DNA of 64,000 nucleotides from Promethearchaeota archaeon (lineage in GTDB: Archaea; Asgardarchaeota; Lokiarchaeia; Sigyniarchaeales; SOKP01), in assembly GCA_019058365.1 (NCBI GenBank), contig JAHPZE010000003.1, positions 32,001-96,000 of the forward strand. Reading direction: 5' to 3'. Numbering within the stretch: position 1 is the first letter of the stretch; each line of letters opens with the position of its first letter. Position numbers and translations under genes: made by a program. The notes below the pieces were generated by a model, which was not told the DNA's origin, did not search any database, and saw only the letters and a program-made list of their open reading frames with translations. Below, piece after piece: positions 32,186 to 42,757 of the stretch.

Positions 32186-33070
32186 CTACGTTAGTTTATG
32201 AGCTTCTTTACAGACGTCAACATTTTCAATCCATTCGTTGATTTTATTTAGCTCCTGTTCAGGAAATTCATATGAATGCTCTCGATCAGGGTATATTCCA
32301 TTTATAACTTCGTCTTTATAATTATTCAAAGCATGACGAATAGATTCTCCAATGTTACCAAAATATTTAACAAATTTAGGTTTAAACTCTGTAAAGATAC
32401 CTAACATGTCGTGAATTACCAATATTTGGCCATCACAATACACTCCAGCTCCGATACCTATAGTTGGAACATCAACACTACTTGTAATTATTTTTGCTAT
32501 TTGCCAAGGAATACCTTCTAAAACAATTGAAAAAACTCCTGATTCCTCTAAATTTTTTGCATCTAATATTAATTTCTTTGCTGCTTCTATTGTTTTCCCT
32601 TGAACTAAATAACCTCCAAACTCATAAATTGCTTGAGGGGTGAGACCAATATGCCCCATAACTTGAATATCTGCATTGATCATTGCTTTAATCGTAGGAC
32701 AAATTTCTGTTCCCCCTTCGACTTTAACAGCTTCAGCACCACCTTCTTGAATAAAACGTCCAGCATTTTTAACAGCATCGGTGAGATTTATCTTATATGA
32801 AAGAAAAGGCATGTCTCCAACAAGTAATGCATTTGATACTCCTCGGCTTACCGCTTTAGTATGATGAATCATTTCATCCATAGTTACAGATAGAGTATTC
32901 TTATATCCAAGCATTACCATTGAAAGCGTATCTCCTACAAGTATAAGATCAATACCACTATTATCAACGATTTTTGCTAGTGAATAATCATAGGAGGTGA
33001 TGGTAACTATTTTTTCTCCTTTTTTTTTCTTCCCAATAATATCATTTATTGTGACTTTTTGTAAGGACAT
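32186..33070 (-). CDS. panB: 3-methyl-2-oxobutanoate hydroxymethyltransferase
   Basis: [24 protein letters not shown] and TIGIGAG. Confidence 0.96.
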   Translation of the reverse strand: MSLQKVTINDIIGKKKKGEKIVTITSYDYSLAKIVDNSGIDLILVGDTLSMVMLGYKNTLSVTMDEMIHHTKAVSRGVSNALLVGDMPFLSYKINLTDAVKNAGRFIQEGGAEAVKVEGGTEICPTIKAMINADIQVMGHIGLTPQAIYEFGGYLVQGKTIEAAKKLILDAKNLEESGVFSIVLEGIPWQIAKIITSSVDVPTIGIGAGVYCDGQILVIHDMLGIFTEFKPKFVKYFGNIGESIRHALNNYKDEVINGIYPDREHSYEFPEQELNKINEWIENVDVCKEAHKLT

Positions 33071-33258
33071 ATTTTCAAATAACTAATTAGCTTTGAAAAA
33101 TGTTATGAAATTTTGCTTAAGTTATTTTCGAGAGCATGAAAAGAAGATCATTAGAAATATGCAAATTTGCTATTTGTAATAATAATAATTTTTATCAATA
33201 AGACTTTTTAATCTTCACATATTAACCCTAATAGTCTAATAAAGAGGATTTAAGCATT

Positions 33259-34287
33259 ATGATAGATCCAAAAGATATTGATTTCTATTCATTGGGATTT
33301 AATTTTATTGCAACAAAAACTATGTTTATGGCAAATCATAAAAATGGCAAATGGGAAGATGGAAAATTATTACCTTTTGGAAACTTCGAAATTTCTCCAG
33401 CATCATGTGTAATAAATTACGGACAAGGTATTTTTGAAGGAATGAAAGCCTTAAGAGCAAAGAATGGAGAAGTTACGTTGTTTAGACCAGCAGAAAATAG
33501 TAAAAGATTTAATTTTAGTGCTAGAAGAATGTTAATGCCAGAATATGATGCCGATAAGTTTATTGATGCTGTGAAGAGAGTGGTAAAGGCTAATGAAGAG
33601 TTTATTCCTCCTTATGATAGTGGAGGAGCTTTATATATCCGGCCGATTTTGTTTGGATATGGACCTATTCTTGGAGTACACTCAGCAGAAGAATTTAAAT
33701 TGATAATTTTTACAGTTCCTGTTGGACCTTATTTTCCAGAGGGCTTTAAAGGAATTAAGTTAGAAATATCAAAAAATTATACTAGAGCTGCTCCTGGAGG
33801 GACGGGTTCAGCAAAAACAATATGTAATTATGCTGGGACAATGTTGCCCGCAAAAGAAGCTAAAGCAAGAGGGTTTTCACAAATTTTATATTTAGATGCC
33901 ATTCATTTAGAGTATATCGAAGAAGTCGGTGCAGCTAATTTTTTCGCAATGATTAATGGTAAATTAGCCACTCCCAGAAAGTCGGGAACAATTTTAGAAG
34001 GAATTACGAGGGAATCTATTTTAGAACTTGCATCCAAAAAATTAGGAATTGAGGTTGAAGAGAGAGAAATTTCTTATAGAGAATTATTTAAAGATTCATG
34101 TACAGAAGCATTCTGTAGCGGTACTGCAGCGGTAATTACTCCAATTGCATCAGTTAATATAGAAGGGAACGAGCGAATCTTTAATGACCAAGAACCAGGG
34201 GAAATAACTAATAAAATATATAAATTGCTAACAGGAATTCAGCGAATAGAAATAGAAGATGAGTTTGGATGGATTACTAAAGTATAA
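33259..34287 (+). CDS. ilvE: Branched-chain amino acid aminotransferase
   Basis: YGQGIFEGMKA, LYIRP, ILEGITR and GTAAVITP. Confidence 0.95.
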   Translation: MIDPKDIDFYSLGFNFIATKTMFMANHKNGKWEDGKLLPFGNFEISPASCVINYGQGIFEGMKALRAKNGEVTLFRPAENSKRFNFSARRMLMPEYDADKFIDAVKRVVKANEEFIPPYDSGGALYIRPILFGYGPILGVHSAEEFKLIIFTVPVGPYFPEGFKGIKLEISKNYTRAAPGGTGSAKTICNYAGTMLPAKEAKARGFSQILYLDAIHLEYIEEVGAANFFAMINGKLATPRKSGTILEGITRESILELASKKLGIEVEEREISYRELFKDSCTEAFCSGTAAVITPIASVNIEGNERIFNDQEPGEITNKIYKLLTGIQRIEIEDEFGWITKV

Positions 34288-34301
34288 TTTTTTTTTATTT
34301 T

Positions 34302-34805
34302 TTAAATTCTTTCTATGAGAGAAATGAATGCTTTCTTAACGTTATCTCCTGTTTTTGAGGAGATTTTTAAATATCCTATAATATTATTATATTTTTTTAT
34401 TATATTTAATATATAATCATCAAAAATTTTACAGTTATATATATCAATAATATCAGATTTGTTTCCCAATATAAAAGCAGATATATTACCATATTGATTT
34501 AATTTTTTTATCCAATCTTCAACTCCTTCAAGCGTGTTGAATCGAGATAAGTCAAATAATACAAAAGCTGCTATAGAACCATCCACAAAATCATTTAACA
34601 ATTGTTTAAATTGAGATTGCCCTGCAAAGTCCCACATTACAAAATTATATTCTTGCTCATTTATAGTTAGATTTTTGGAAAAAAAATCAATTCCTTTAGT
34701 TAATTCGCAATTATCATCGAAATTATCATGGATTAAACGATTTAGAAACGATGTTTTCCCAACACCACCATCTCCAGAAACAATGATTTTTACTGTTTTT
34801 TTCAT
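34302..34805 (-). CDS. Rab/Ras-like small GTPase
   Basis: GDGGVGKT, WDFAGQ, NKSD and SSK. Confidence 0.9.
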   Translation of the reverse strand: MKKTVKIIVSGDGGVGKTSFLNRLIHDNFDDNCELTKGIDFFSKNLTINEQEYNFVMWDFAGQSQFKQLLNDFVDGSIAAFVLFDLSRFNTLEGVEDWIKKLNQYGNISAFILGNKSDIIDIYNCKIFDDYILNIIKKYNNIIGYLKISSKTGDNVKKAFISLIERI

Positions 34806-34983
34806 GTTAATATATACTATATTGTTTTTAGTTTAAAAAACTACGATAAAAGGTGATTTCCGTAATAGTAGAACATAAAAAAATCTTGCTATATACAATC
34901 CTTTTACTTACTTAAATGTAAAAATCAGTGTATTTTAAAATATAGAAAATGATAAGATAAGATTTATACGGAGTTTGAGTATT

Positions 34984-35388
34984 TTATTGTACTCGAAGAA
35001 GCTGTGAACTTCCAGTACAAATTAATCCTCCTTTTTCATCCCAGATTTTTGCTTTACAAAAGAAGATATTTTTCCCACTCTTAATGCACTTAGCCTTTGC
35101 TGTTAAACGTCCCTTAGATACGGGTTTGAGAAATTCGACTTGTAAATCTATTGTTGTAACATATACATCAGGAAGGATCAGAGACAACGCTGCACATCCA
35201 CAAGTAGAATCGACAAGAGAAGCTAAAACGCCTCCATGAATGATCCCATTCTGGGTAAGGTTTTCTCTTATTTCCATTTCAAAATTAACTCTTCCATCCG
35301 CGATTTCTTGTATTTCAAAACCCAATGTGGAATAGTACGGTATTTTTTTATAGAGTAGCTTTATAATATCATTCATATTATATATCAT
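34984..35388 (-). CDS. PaaI family thioesterase
   Basis: GIIHGGVLASLVD hot-dog motif. Confidence 0.9.
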   Translation of the reverse strand: MIYNMNDIIKLLYKKIPYYSTLGFEIQEIADGRVNFEMEIRENLTQNGIIHGGVLASLVDSTCGCAALSLILPDVYVTTIDLQVEFLKPVSKGRLTAKAKCIKSGKNIFFCKAKIWDEKGGLICTGSSQLLRVQ

Positions 35389-35478
35389 TCTGTTTTAGAA
35401 TATAATTATATGTGTTAATGGAGATTTTTTAAAATTTCTAAAGGCAAAAAATTAAAACCTATGAAATCACACTAATTC

Positions 35479-36384
35479 TTGATGCTGAAATTTAGAATTA
35501 ATAGCTTTATCGACCTTAGATTTGAAGATGGGAAAACTAATATTTATGTGAATAATAGACTATTTAATCATTGTAAATATATCCTACTGAATCTTCCAGC
35601 TGATGATTCTAAGAATATTACTGATATTGATTCAATAGATGATGCTGTTAAAAATTTAAATAACTCCGTCGAAATTATAGGAAATGAGATAAATAAGATT
35701 AATCCTGAAATATTATTTTGGGCTCATTGTTCAAATCTTCAAACATGGTATGAAAATAATTATAATACAAATTTGATCCATAGTAATTTAGCATTTCCAT
35801 TGCTTAAAGAGTTGACTAGAGCAGGAGATCTTAAAGCAACGAAAATTTTTAAAGAAGAAGTTGCAAAAAGATTTGAGGGTCATAATCTAAACGTAATTCA
35901 ATTCTTGTTGTATAATAAATATTTAGATTGTTTAAATAAGGAGGAATTAGAGACTTTATTAGAACGTATTAGTGCTAGTTTAACTGATTTGGTTACTAGA
36001 AAACTTAGAGAACAATTAAAAGCAATTTACGCTAATTTCAGAGAAATTAAAGATGTAATTGATATATTACTTTTTCTTGATTTAAATTATAATCAAAATT
36101 TAATTCTTCGAATCCTAAATAAATTAAGTATGAAAAATAATACTCATTTTACATATTTTTTAATATTGCATTTAAACTTTAAAGACCATTTTGATTTTAA
36201 AATCCCTTATGGAAAATTTTTCACTTACTTTGAGAAGATCCTTAATGATATTTATAAGAATTATCCAGAAATCGATGATTTACTTAAAATTATCGATTCT
36301 GGCTTTATAAATGGTGGAATTTCTCTAGATGAAAAACTTTCCTATGGTTTTGTATCTAATCCAGAAGGCATATATGAAGAATAA
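35479..36384 (+). CDS. Hypothetical protein with a Lokiarchaeia-type N-terminal domain
   Basis: KTNIYVN, DSIDD, FWAHCSNLQTWYEN and LAFPLLKEL motifs, recalled from Loki LRR-protein N-termini. Confidence 0.7.
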   Translation: MMLKFRINSFIDLRFEDGKTNIYVNNRLFNHCKYILLNLPADDSKNITDIDSIDDAVKNLNNSVEIIGNEINKINPEILFWAHCSNLQTWYENNYNTNLIHSNLAFPLLKELTRAGDLKATKIFKEEVAKRFEGHNLNVIQFLLYNKYLDCLNKEELETLLERISASLTDLVTRKLREQLKAIYANFREIKDVIDILLFLDLNYNQNLILRILNKLSMKNNTHFTYFLILHLNFKDHFDFKIPYGKFFTYFEKILNDIYKNYPEIDDLLKIIDSGFINGGISLDEKLSYGFVSNPEGIYEE

Positions 36385-36401
36385 TCAAATTCGAATAATT
36401 A

Positions 36402-37184
36402 TTACTCTAAACTTTTTTCTAGATAATAATAACTATAAGCTTTTTCAAAACCTAATTTATTGTAGAGGTTCATAGCTTTATTATTTTCAATTTCAACTTG
36501 TAACCATATGGTTTTGACACCATTTGGAATAGCCCAATCGCTTATAACTTTAAAAAGCATTGATGTAGCAATATATTGCTTCCGAAAATTTGGTTTTACT
36601 AATAGATCAGCAATATACAAGAATCCATGTGGATCTAATATTCCCATGAGGGTTCCTACAACTTTATTTTCGTGTTTGGCTATAATAAAACGTTTCTTTG
36701 GAATAATAATTCTTTTAACTAAAGCATCTAAAATTTTCTGTGCACTTTGATCTCTCTTAGAATATTTGCTTATAAAATTAGAAATTACTTCTTCTCGTTT
36801 AGAATAGATAAAATATTTAAATTTTTCATTAATTACCCCAATTCTTAATTTTTGAGCAGAAGCAATCAGTGTATGAGTAATACAACCTAGTTGGTGATAT
36901 CTATGCTCTTTTAGTTTAACAACTAAATTGCTTGGTTCAAAAAAGTCAGGTATTGTAAAGATTGTCGGTAAATTATATGCTTGATAGGCTTTTTCAGCGA
37001 GTTTGATATCTTTATCTAATTCATTCAAATAACCAGTATAACGTAAAGGAAAGACAGAATTTGCGCGAGATGTAACTCCATCAGTAAAGCGCAAGATCCA
37101 CCCATGTAAAAAGTAATAATGGTGCGCCGGCCATGAATTCATCAATATTTCTTGTAAAAATTTTATATCTTCTTTTCCAAACAT
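36402..37184 (-). CDS. GNAT family acetyltransferase
   Basis: GWILRF..G.TSRANS; C-terminal WLQV..N.AMNLYNKLGF. Confidence 0.88.
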   Translation of the reverse strand: MFGKEDIKFLQEILMNSWPAHHYYFLHGWILRFTDGVTSRANSVFPLRYTGYLNELDKDIKLAEKAYQAYNLPTIFTIPDFFEPSNLVVKLKEHRYHQLGCITHTLIASAQKLRIGVINEKFKYFIYSKREEVISNFISKYSKRDQSAQKILDALVKRIIIPKKRFIIAKHENKVVGTLMGILDPHGFLYIADLLVKPNFRKQYIATSMLFKVISDWAIPNGVKTIWLQVEIENNKAMNLYNKLGFEKAYSYYYLEKSLE

Positions 37185-37462
37185 AAATATCTAACTCTTA
37201 ATTTTTTTTAAATTAAAGTACTTTTTCTTTCTTTTTCTTATTTTAATTTCAGTGTTGCCCAACTTAGCACTACAATACCTACAATTAGTAGTATAACCCT
37301 CTAATTCCTTTCCACATTCTGGACAATATTTAGGTCCCGATAAGCAATTGTCTCTTATACAAACCCACTCTCGTCGTCAATATCTAAATTATTAAAAAAA
37401 ATTTATTTATATTTACCTATTTTGTATTTTAAATCAGTCATATAGTTTTTTAATACACAATT

Positions 37463-38068
37463 GTGATAAGGAATATAATTTTTGATTTGGGTAATGTAAT
37501 TTTCAATTTTAAACCAGAGAAATTCTTACGCAGATATACTAACGATGAAATTTATATAAAAGACTTTATTTCCAAAGTGATTCGAAGTGAAATTTGGTTA
37601 AAATTAGATCGTGGAACAATTTCAATTAAAAAGGCAGAGGAAGAATTCATTGAGAAATTTCCAGAAGATCGCAATTTTATTTTGATGTTCTTTGAAGAAT
37701 GGATGAAGATGCTTACTCCAATCCAAGAAAATGTAAAAATTCTATATGAGTTAAAAGCTAATGGTTATAAATTATATATTTTATCTAATTTTATTATTGA
37801 AGCGTTTGATTATGTACAAAACCAATATAGTTTTCTGACACTTTTTGATGGAAAGATTATTTCAGGGAACGTAAAAGTTATTAAACCTGAGCTTGAGATC
37901 TATCAAATGTTAATTAAAATATACAATTTAGTACCAGAAGAATGTATATTTATTGACGATGTACTCGCTTTTTTATCTAGAGCAAGACGATTGAATATAA
38001 AAACAATTTTATTTACACAAGATACAAATTTACGTACAGAATTAAGGAAATTGAAAGTGAATATTTAA
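37463..38068 (+). CDS. HAD family phosphatase
   Basis: IIFDLGNV, LSN, KP and FIDD motifs. Confidence 0.9.
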   Translation: MIRNIIFDLGNVIFNFKPEKFLRRYTNDEIYIKDFISKVIRSEIWLKLDRGTISIKKAEEEFIEKFPEDRNFILMFFEEWMKMLTPIQENVKILYELKANGYKLYILSNFIIEAFDYVQNQYSFLTLFDGKIISGNVKVIKPELEIYQMLIKIYNLVPEECIFIDDVLAFLSRARRLNIKTILFTQDTNLRTELRKLKVNI

Positions 38069-38077
38069 AATTAAATT

Positions 38078-38917
38078 TTATAGAGATTTTCGGTTTTTTT
38101 TAATCCATTTAATACCAAAATCCACGATGTCTCGTTGTGATATTAGTCTAGATTCTGCTAAACCGACTTTCCCGGGAATATAATTAATTTTTAATTCGAA
38201 ATCAATTCCTAATTGCTCAAAATCGTCATTATTGATATCTAATTCTTTCCATTCTACCCATTTTCTTTCATTACCTACTTGAATTGCTGATCCATTTAAT
38301 CTATAATGTTTTCCTGGATAATCACCTCGATATTCAGCAAGGTGTAGAGAGCTGTTATTTTCGTGGGACACTCCAACTAATAAAACTTTTCCATCAAGTT
38401 CATATATTCGAGCTATTGGAGAATTTTCACCTAGATCAGCCAGTAATTCGTGATTTTCTATTATGAGTTTAGCATATTTTCCCCATGCTGCAAAAGAGGA
38501 TATTGGATGATTACTACGAAGTACATTAGGCCATTTTCTAAAAGTATCCACAATTATTCCCATTCCTCGAGTAGGCGTTATTCCAGGATGATAAGCAGGC
38601 ATTTCATTACGAATTATATCCCACCAACTTTTTGGTACAGGTGGATTTTCCCAAAATGATGGATCCGTATTATCACCGGAAAATGTGGGCATAATCAATG
38701 TTCCTTCTGAAGTAAGGATTTGCATCACTGCTTTTATAACTGAAACAGGCCCTCCTACAGTCCATCCTATTGCGCTTAATGAACTATGCATTATCAGTGT
38801 TTGTCCTGATCTAATGCCGAGCGATTCAAAATCTTGTTTTAATGAAGTTATAGTGTTAGGATATTGAGTAGATTCCACAACATCCCACTCAGATTGTTTA
38901 TGATGACCAATTCCCAT
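38078..38917 (-). CDS. AAC(3)/YokD family N-acetyltransferase
   Basis: MHSSLS, GTLIMPT, RSNHP and SLHLAE. Confidence 0.9.
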   Translation of the reverse strand: MGIGHHKQSEWDVVESTQYPNTITSLKQDFESLGIRSGQTLIMHSSLSAIGWTVGGPVSVIKAVMQILTSEGTLIMPTFSGDNTDPSFWENPPVPKSWWDIIRNEMPAYHPGITPTRGMGIIVDTFRKWPNVLRSNHPISSFAAWGKYAKLIIENHELLADLGENSPIARIYELDGKVLLVGVSHENNSSLHLAEYRGDYPGKHYRLNGSAIQVGNERKWVEWKELDINNDDFEQLGIDFELKINYIPGKVGLAESRLISQRDIVDFGIKWIKKNRKSL

Positions 38918-39036
38918 AGCGTTGAGAATTATTAAAAATTAAAAAAATTTTTGTAAAAGTGATTTTTGTTTTTTCGATAAAAATACTAAATTTATACTCT
39001 GTTTTTCTTTAAAAATGCACAATAATTGATAGATCT

Positions 39037-39753
39037 ATGGTTGATAATCATAGTTACAGTTTTTTTGGCCAGAAGGTAGGATTGATTATTCAAAGTTCTT
39101 CTAAAAATGAGCTTCATATCTTTTTTAGACTTATTAAATGCAAAAATGATGGTTCTTGGGAAAAACCAAGTATCGGAGAAGGCAAAGTTATTAAATTTTC
39201 ATTGGAAGAGATAGTTTGGATCATCCGTGTATTAGACAAAGAAACTAACTCGTGGTCAAGTTATCATACGTTTAAAGATGCGAAAACACAAATTTCCTTC
39301 AAGTGGGAAAATGGAGAATATAATAAGTTATGGATTCACATTGGTAAATATTCTAAAGTCCTTGAATATGCTCAGATTAAGATACTAGAATTATTATTGA
39401 AACATTTTTTAAAAGAAAAAATAGAATTCGCTACAACTCCTAATATTTCAAAAAAAAGTGATTCAGAATTAATCGAAAACATTATAGTTCAAGAGGAAAT
39501 AATCACAAATAAAGAAAAATCATTTCTTGATATGAAACATAGAGAAAAGATAGATAATTCAAGTGAGATACAAAGTGTTAATGGAACCATCAAGGGTGAA
39601 ACTAATAAAGCTCTACTTATCCAATTTGATAACGGAACTGAAATTTGGATTCCTAAGTCCAGAATTCACTCAAGTTTTGATAAGAACAGAAATGATAATC
39701 AAAAGTTCATAATCGACGACTGGATTTTAAAAAAAAATGAAGTTGTTTCTTAA
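39037..39753 (+). CDS. Hypothetical protein
   Basis: 238-aa ORF; C-terminal ETNKALLI..WIPKS small beta domain. Confidence 0.65.
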   Translation: MVDNHSYSFFGQKVGLIIQSSSKNELHIFFRLIKCKNDGSWEKPSIGEGKVIKFSLEEIVWIIRVLDKETNSWSSYHTFKDAKTQISFKWENGEYNKLWIHIGKYSKVLEYAQIKILELLLKHFLKEKIEFATTPNISKKSDSELIENIIVQEEIITNKEKSFLDMKHREKIDNSSEIQSVNGTIKGETNKALLIQFDNGTEIWIPKSRIHSSFDKNRNDNQKFIIDDWILKKNEVVS

Positions 39754-40052
39754 GGGTCCTAAATAATGCCTAAATCTGAGGAAGAGGATATCGAGAAATA
39801 CAGATTCATAATATATCATGGACATATTCATATATTATCAAAAAATGATGAGATTCAAGAATTTAAGAATATTGATGAAGAAAAATTACCAATTTTATAA
39901 GCAATTTTCTCAGTAAGTACATATCTTTCCCTTTAAATTAATCATTTTTATCATAGCCACAAACCAAATAAAACATAGACTATTTTTTATTGTAGAATCA
40001 TAAAAATGATTACGAAGAAATTTAGAATATTTAGGAAAACGGGGCAATTAAT

Positions 40053-41438
40053 ATGGAAAAATCTGCTGATATAGTTATAATTGGTGCTGGACCTGTAGGA
40101 ATTTATTTTGGTTGGCAATTGGCAAAAAAGGGGCACTCTGTCTTAATTATTGAGAAAGAATCCAAAGAAAATACAGGTTCAAAAATGGATCAGTTTCATT
40201 TAGAGACTATGGTTTTTGATAAGTATAAAATACCCCCACCTGTAGAGGGAACAGATGAGTTTATTACAAATTTTAAGTGGACTTCATATTATGGGCCTTA
40301 TGGAAAATATCAACAGGTAATGGAATATCCGGTAACTGCAATGAGATTTCAATATTTTATACAGAGACTAATATATATAACTGAAGTAGATGGGGTTCAA
40401 TTCAAATTTTCAGCTACATATAAAGAACCAATAATAAAAGAAAATAAAATAATAGGAGTTAAATTTGAAAAAGATGGTAAAATCTATGAAATTCTAGGAA
40501 AGCTAATTGTTGATTCTACTGGTTCTTCAGCAATTGTACGACAGTCTCTGCCTAAGGATTTTGGAGTAGAAACATTCAAAATTGAGAATGAAGATAAAAT
40601 GTATGTAATTCAGAGAGTTATACAATGGAAGAATCCAGATGAACCACACCCGGGTACGGGAAAATACGAAGAATCAATTTCATATCTATATTATAAAACT
40701 TGGGTAGCACCTCATTTCTTACCAAATGCAAATATATTTGGCGGAGGTCAACCAGGAGGATATCAAAACCAAGAAAAAGCTACTGAAATCTTCCTACAAG
40801 AAGTTCCTTTCCCTCCTTATGAAATTTTAGAAGTACATAAAGCCACTACAGCTTATCGTAGGTCACCATATTCTCTTGTTGGTAATGGATTCTTTTGTAT
40901 TGGTGATAGTGCATGTATGTCGAAATCTTTTAGTGGGGAAGCAATCGAATCTTCTTGGAATGTGGGTCTTATAGCATCGGACGTAATTCATACAACTTTA
41001 GAGAAAAATTTAGAGTTGAATAGAGTAAATTTATGGCCAATAAATATACGTTTTTTCAGAAATCGAGGAGCAAAACTTGCTGCTTTATTAGCTCAAATTC
41101 CGGGTGCTGCAAACACTACTAAAAAAGACGTGATTTATCTTTTCAAGAAAAGTTTTATATTTAGTGGTCGAGATTTCACTTCAATGTGGGAAAACCTTGA
41201 ATTAGATATGAGTTTTGGAAGGATGATAAAGATAGTAGGTTTATTTCTTTGGGGTCTTTTAACTCGACAGTTTTCCAAAAAAGCATTAGGAACGATGTTA
41301 AAATATATGAAAATTTCTGGAAGGATTAGAGAACATTATGAAAATTATCCTGAAAATCCAAAAAATTTTGACATTTGGACTGAAAAAGCTAATGAACTAT
41401 GGAGTCACGTTGAAAAGATGAAATTTACACTTATCTAA
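40053..41438 (+). CDS. Geranylgeranyl reductase-like FAD oxidoreductase
   Basis: GAGPVG Rossmann motif, VDSTG and IGDSA. Confidence 0.8.
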   Translation: MEKSADIVIIGAGPVGIYFGWQLAKKGHSVLIIEKESKENTGSKMDQFHLETMVFDKYKIPPPVEGTDEFITNFKWTSYYGPYGKYQQVMEYPVTAMRFQYFIQRLIYITEVDGVQFKFSATYKEPIIKENKIIGVKFEKDGKIYEILGKLIVDSTGSSAIVRQSLPKDFGVETFKIENEDKMYVIQRVIQWKNPDEPHPGTGKYEESISYLYYKTWVAPHFLPNANIFGGGQPGGYQNQEKATEIFLQEVPFPPYEILEVHKATTAYRRSPYSLVGNGFFCIGDSACMSKSFSGEAIESSWNVGLIASDVIHTTLEKNLELNRVNLWPINIRFFRNRGAKLAALLAQIPGAANTTKKDVIYLFKKSFIFSGRDFTSMWENLELDMSFGRMIKIVGLFLWGLLTRQFSKKALGTMLKYMKISGRIREHYENYPENPKNFDIWTEKANELWSHVEKMKFTLI

Positions 41439-41497
41439 TAGAATTTCTCGATATCTTTTATATATATCATTCTAGTTATAATAATATTCGAAAAATT

Positions 41498-41704
41498 TCA
41501 ATTATACCCACTATAACAATATTTCTGATGAAAATTTATGCAAATAGCGCAAAATGTCTCTCCGCACAACGCACAAACGATTTCTTCATTTTTATATATA
41601 TCTAAATTCTTCTCACATCGATTACAATGTCTATATCTCAAAGCAAAAGAATCTCTAGCTTTTTGGAACTTTCGCTTTTTTTTTTTATACTTTAACTCAA
41701 GCAT
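41498..41704 (-). CDS. Small zinc-finger protein
   Basis: CNRC, CALC, CAIC, H...C in 68 aa. Confidence 0.55.
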   Translation of the reverse strand: MLELKYKKKKRKFQKARDSFALRYRHCNRCEKNLDIYKNEEIVCALCGETFCAICINFHQKYCYSGYN

Positions 41705-41806
41705 TACTACTGTATTTTAAAAAAAACAATTTAAACTCAGATAAAAATTTCTGAAATCGTTTATATGAGTTAATGAACGATGATTTTAACTTTTTAGGAT
41801 ATATAT

Positions 41807-42100
41807 TTTATTTCAAATCCTCAACTAATTCAAGAAATCCTGTATATGGAATAGCAACCCAACTTTCTGCAAATGTAGCCCCCCGCAGAACGAGAAAGCA
41901 ACGAAACTTTTGCTGCTTCCTTTTCATTTTTAACTTCGAAGATATCAAGGAAATCATATCGCCCTAAAATGGCATAATGTGCGATCTATTTAATATTTGG
42001 AACTTTCTCTCTAACCAGGTTTAACTATTTTTCTCCTCATTCTTTCCTTTTCTCTACTAAGTCAGGATTTTGAAGTTTAGTTACTAATATATATATTAGT
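41807..42100 (-). pseudogene. GYD-domain protein pseudogene
   Basis: Manual translation YILVTKL...HYAILGRYDFLDIFEV..EAAKVSLL...ESWVAIPY with three in-frame stops and a frameshift in a G run. Confidence 0.7.
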
Positions 42101-42193
42101 ATAAAGAAAAGAATAATAATTGAAAATTTAAATCTTATTGAGTCTATTGAATTCTAAAGACTAATATCTAATTAGTGGAAAATAAAGGAAGTA

Positions 42194-42730
42194 TTATAAC
42201 CTAACTTTTTTTATCATAAACCTTGTTATTGATTCAAATATTTTTTCTACATTTTGGCCTGTTTTTGATGAACACTCATAATATCCATCTAAATTATGTA
42301 ATTGTGCCAGATCAATAGCTTGTCCCATATCGATTGTTCTTAAATTCTCCAGATCTGTTTTACCTCCAACTATTATAATTGGAATTGATAGAATACCCTG
42401 CTTATCTTTGAAGAATGATAACCAGTTTTCAATACTTCTTAAACTACTCTTTCTAGTTATGTCATACATAAAAATGCCACCATGAGCACCTTTAACAAAA
42501 CTAGGAAAAAGAATTTGATATTTTTCTTCACCAGCAAAATCCCATATCTGAAGTACTACATTCTTTCCATCGACTTCTAGAGATTTTTTTGTAATATCCG
42601 TACCTATTGTCATTTTTAAGTCTTCTTTAAAAGTTTTTGTTACAAATCTTCGAGTTAAAGATGTTTTTCCAACACCATGATCGCCAAAAACACATAATTT
42701 ATATTTTAACTGTTCTGAGATAATATACAC
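42194..42730 (-). CDS. Rab-like small GTPase
   Basis: GDHGVGKT, TIG, WDFAGE, GKTD and ECSSK. Confidence 0.9.
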   Translation of the reverse strand: MYIISEQLKYKLCVFGDHGVGKTSLTRRFVTKTFKEDLKMTIGTDITKKSLEVDGKNVVLQIWDFAGEEKYQILFPSFVKGAHGGIFMYDITRKSSLRSIENWLSFFKDKQGILSIPIIIVGGKTDLENLRTIDMGQAIDLAQLHNLDGYYECSSKTGQNVEKIFESITRFMIKKVRL

Positions 42731-42757
42731 CCTTTCATAATATTATAAAATAAAAAA

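Noticed and set aside
37213-37370. Small zinc-ribbon ORF (CPEC...CRYC), possible Sec read-through
   Set aside because: No in-frame start codon and no recognisable SECIS; probably a fragment.
38078-38917. Aminoglycoside resistance gene
   Set aside because: AAC(3)/YokD homologues are widespread; substrate cannot be inferred from sequence.
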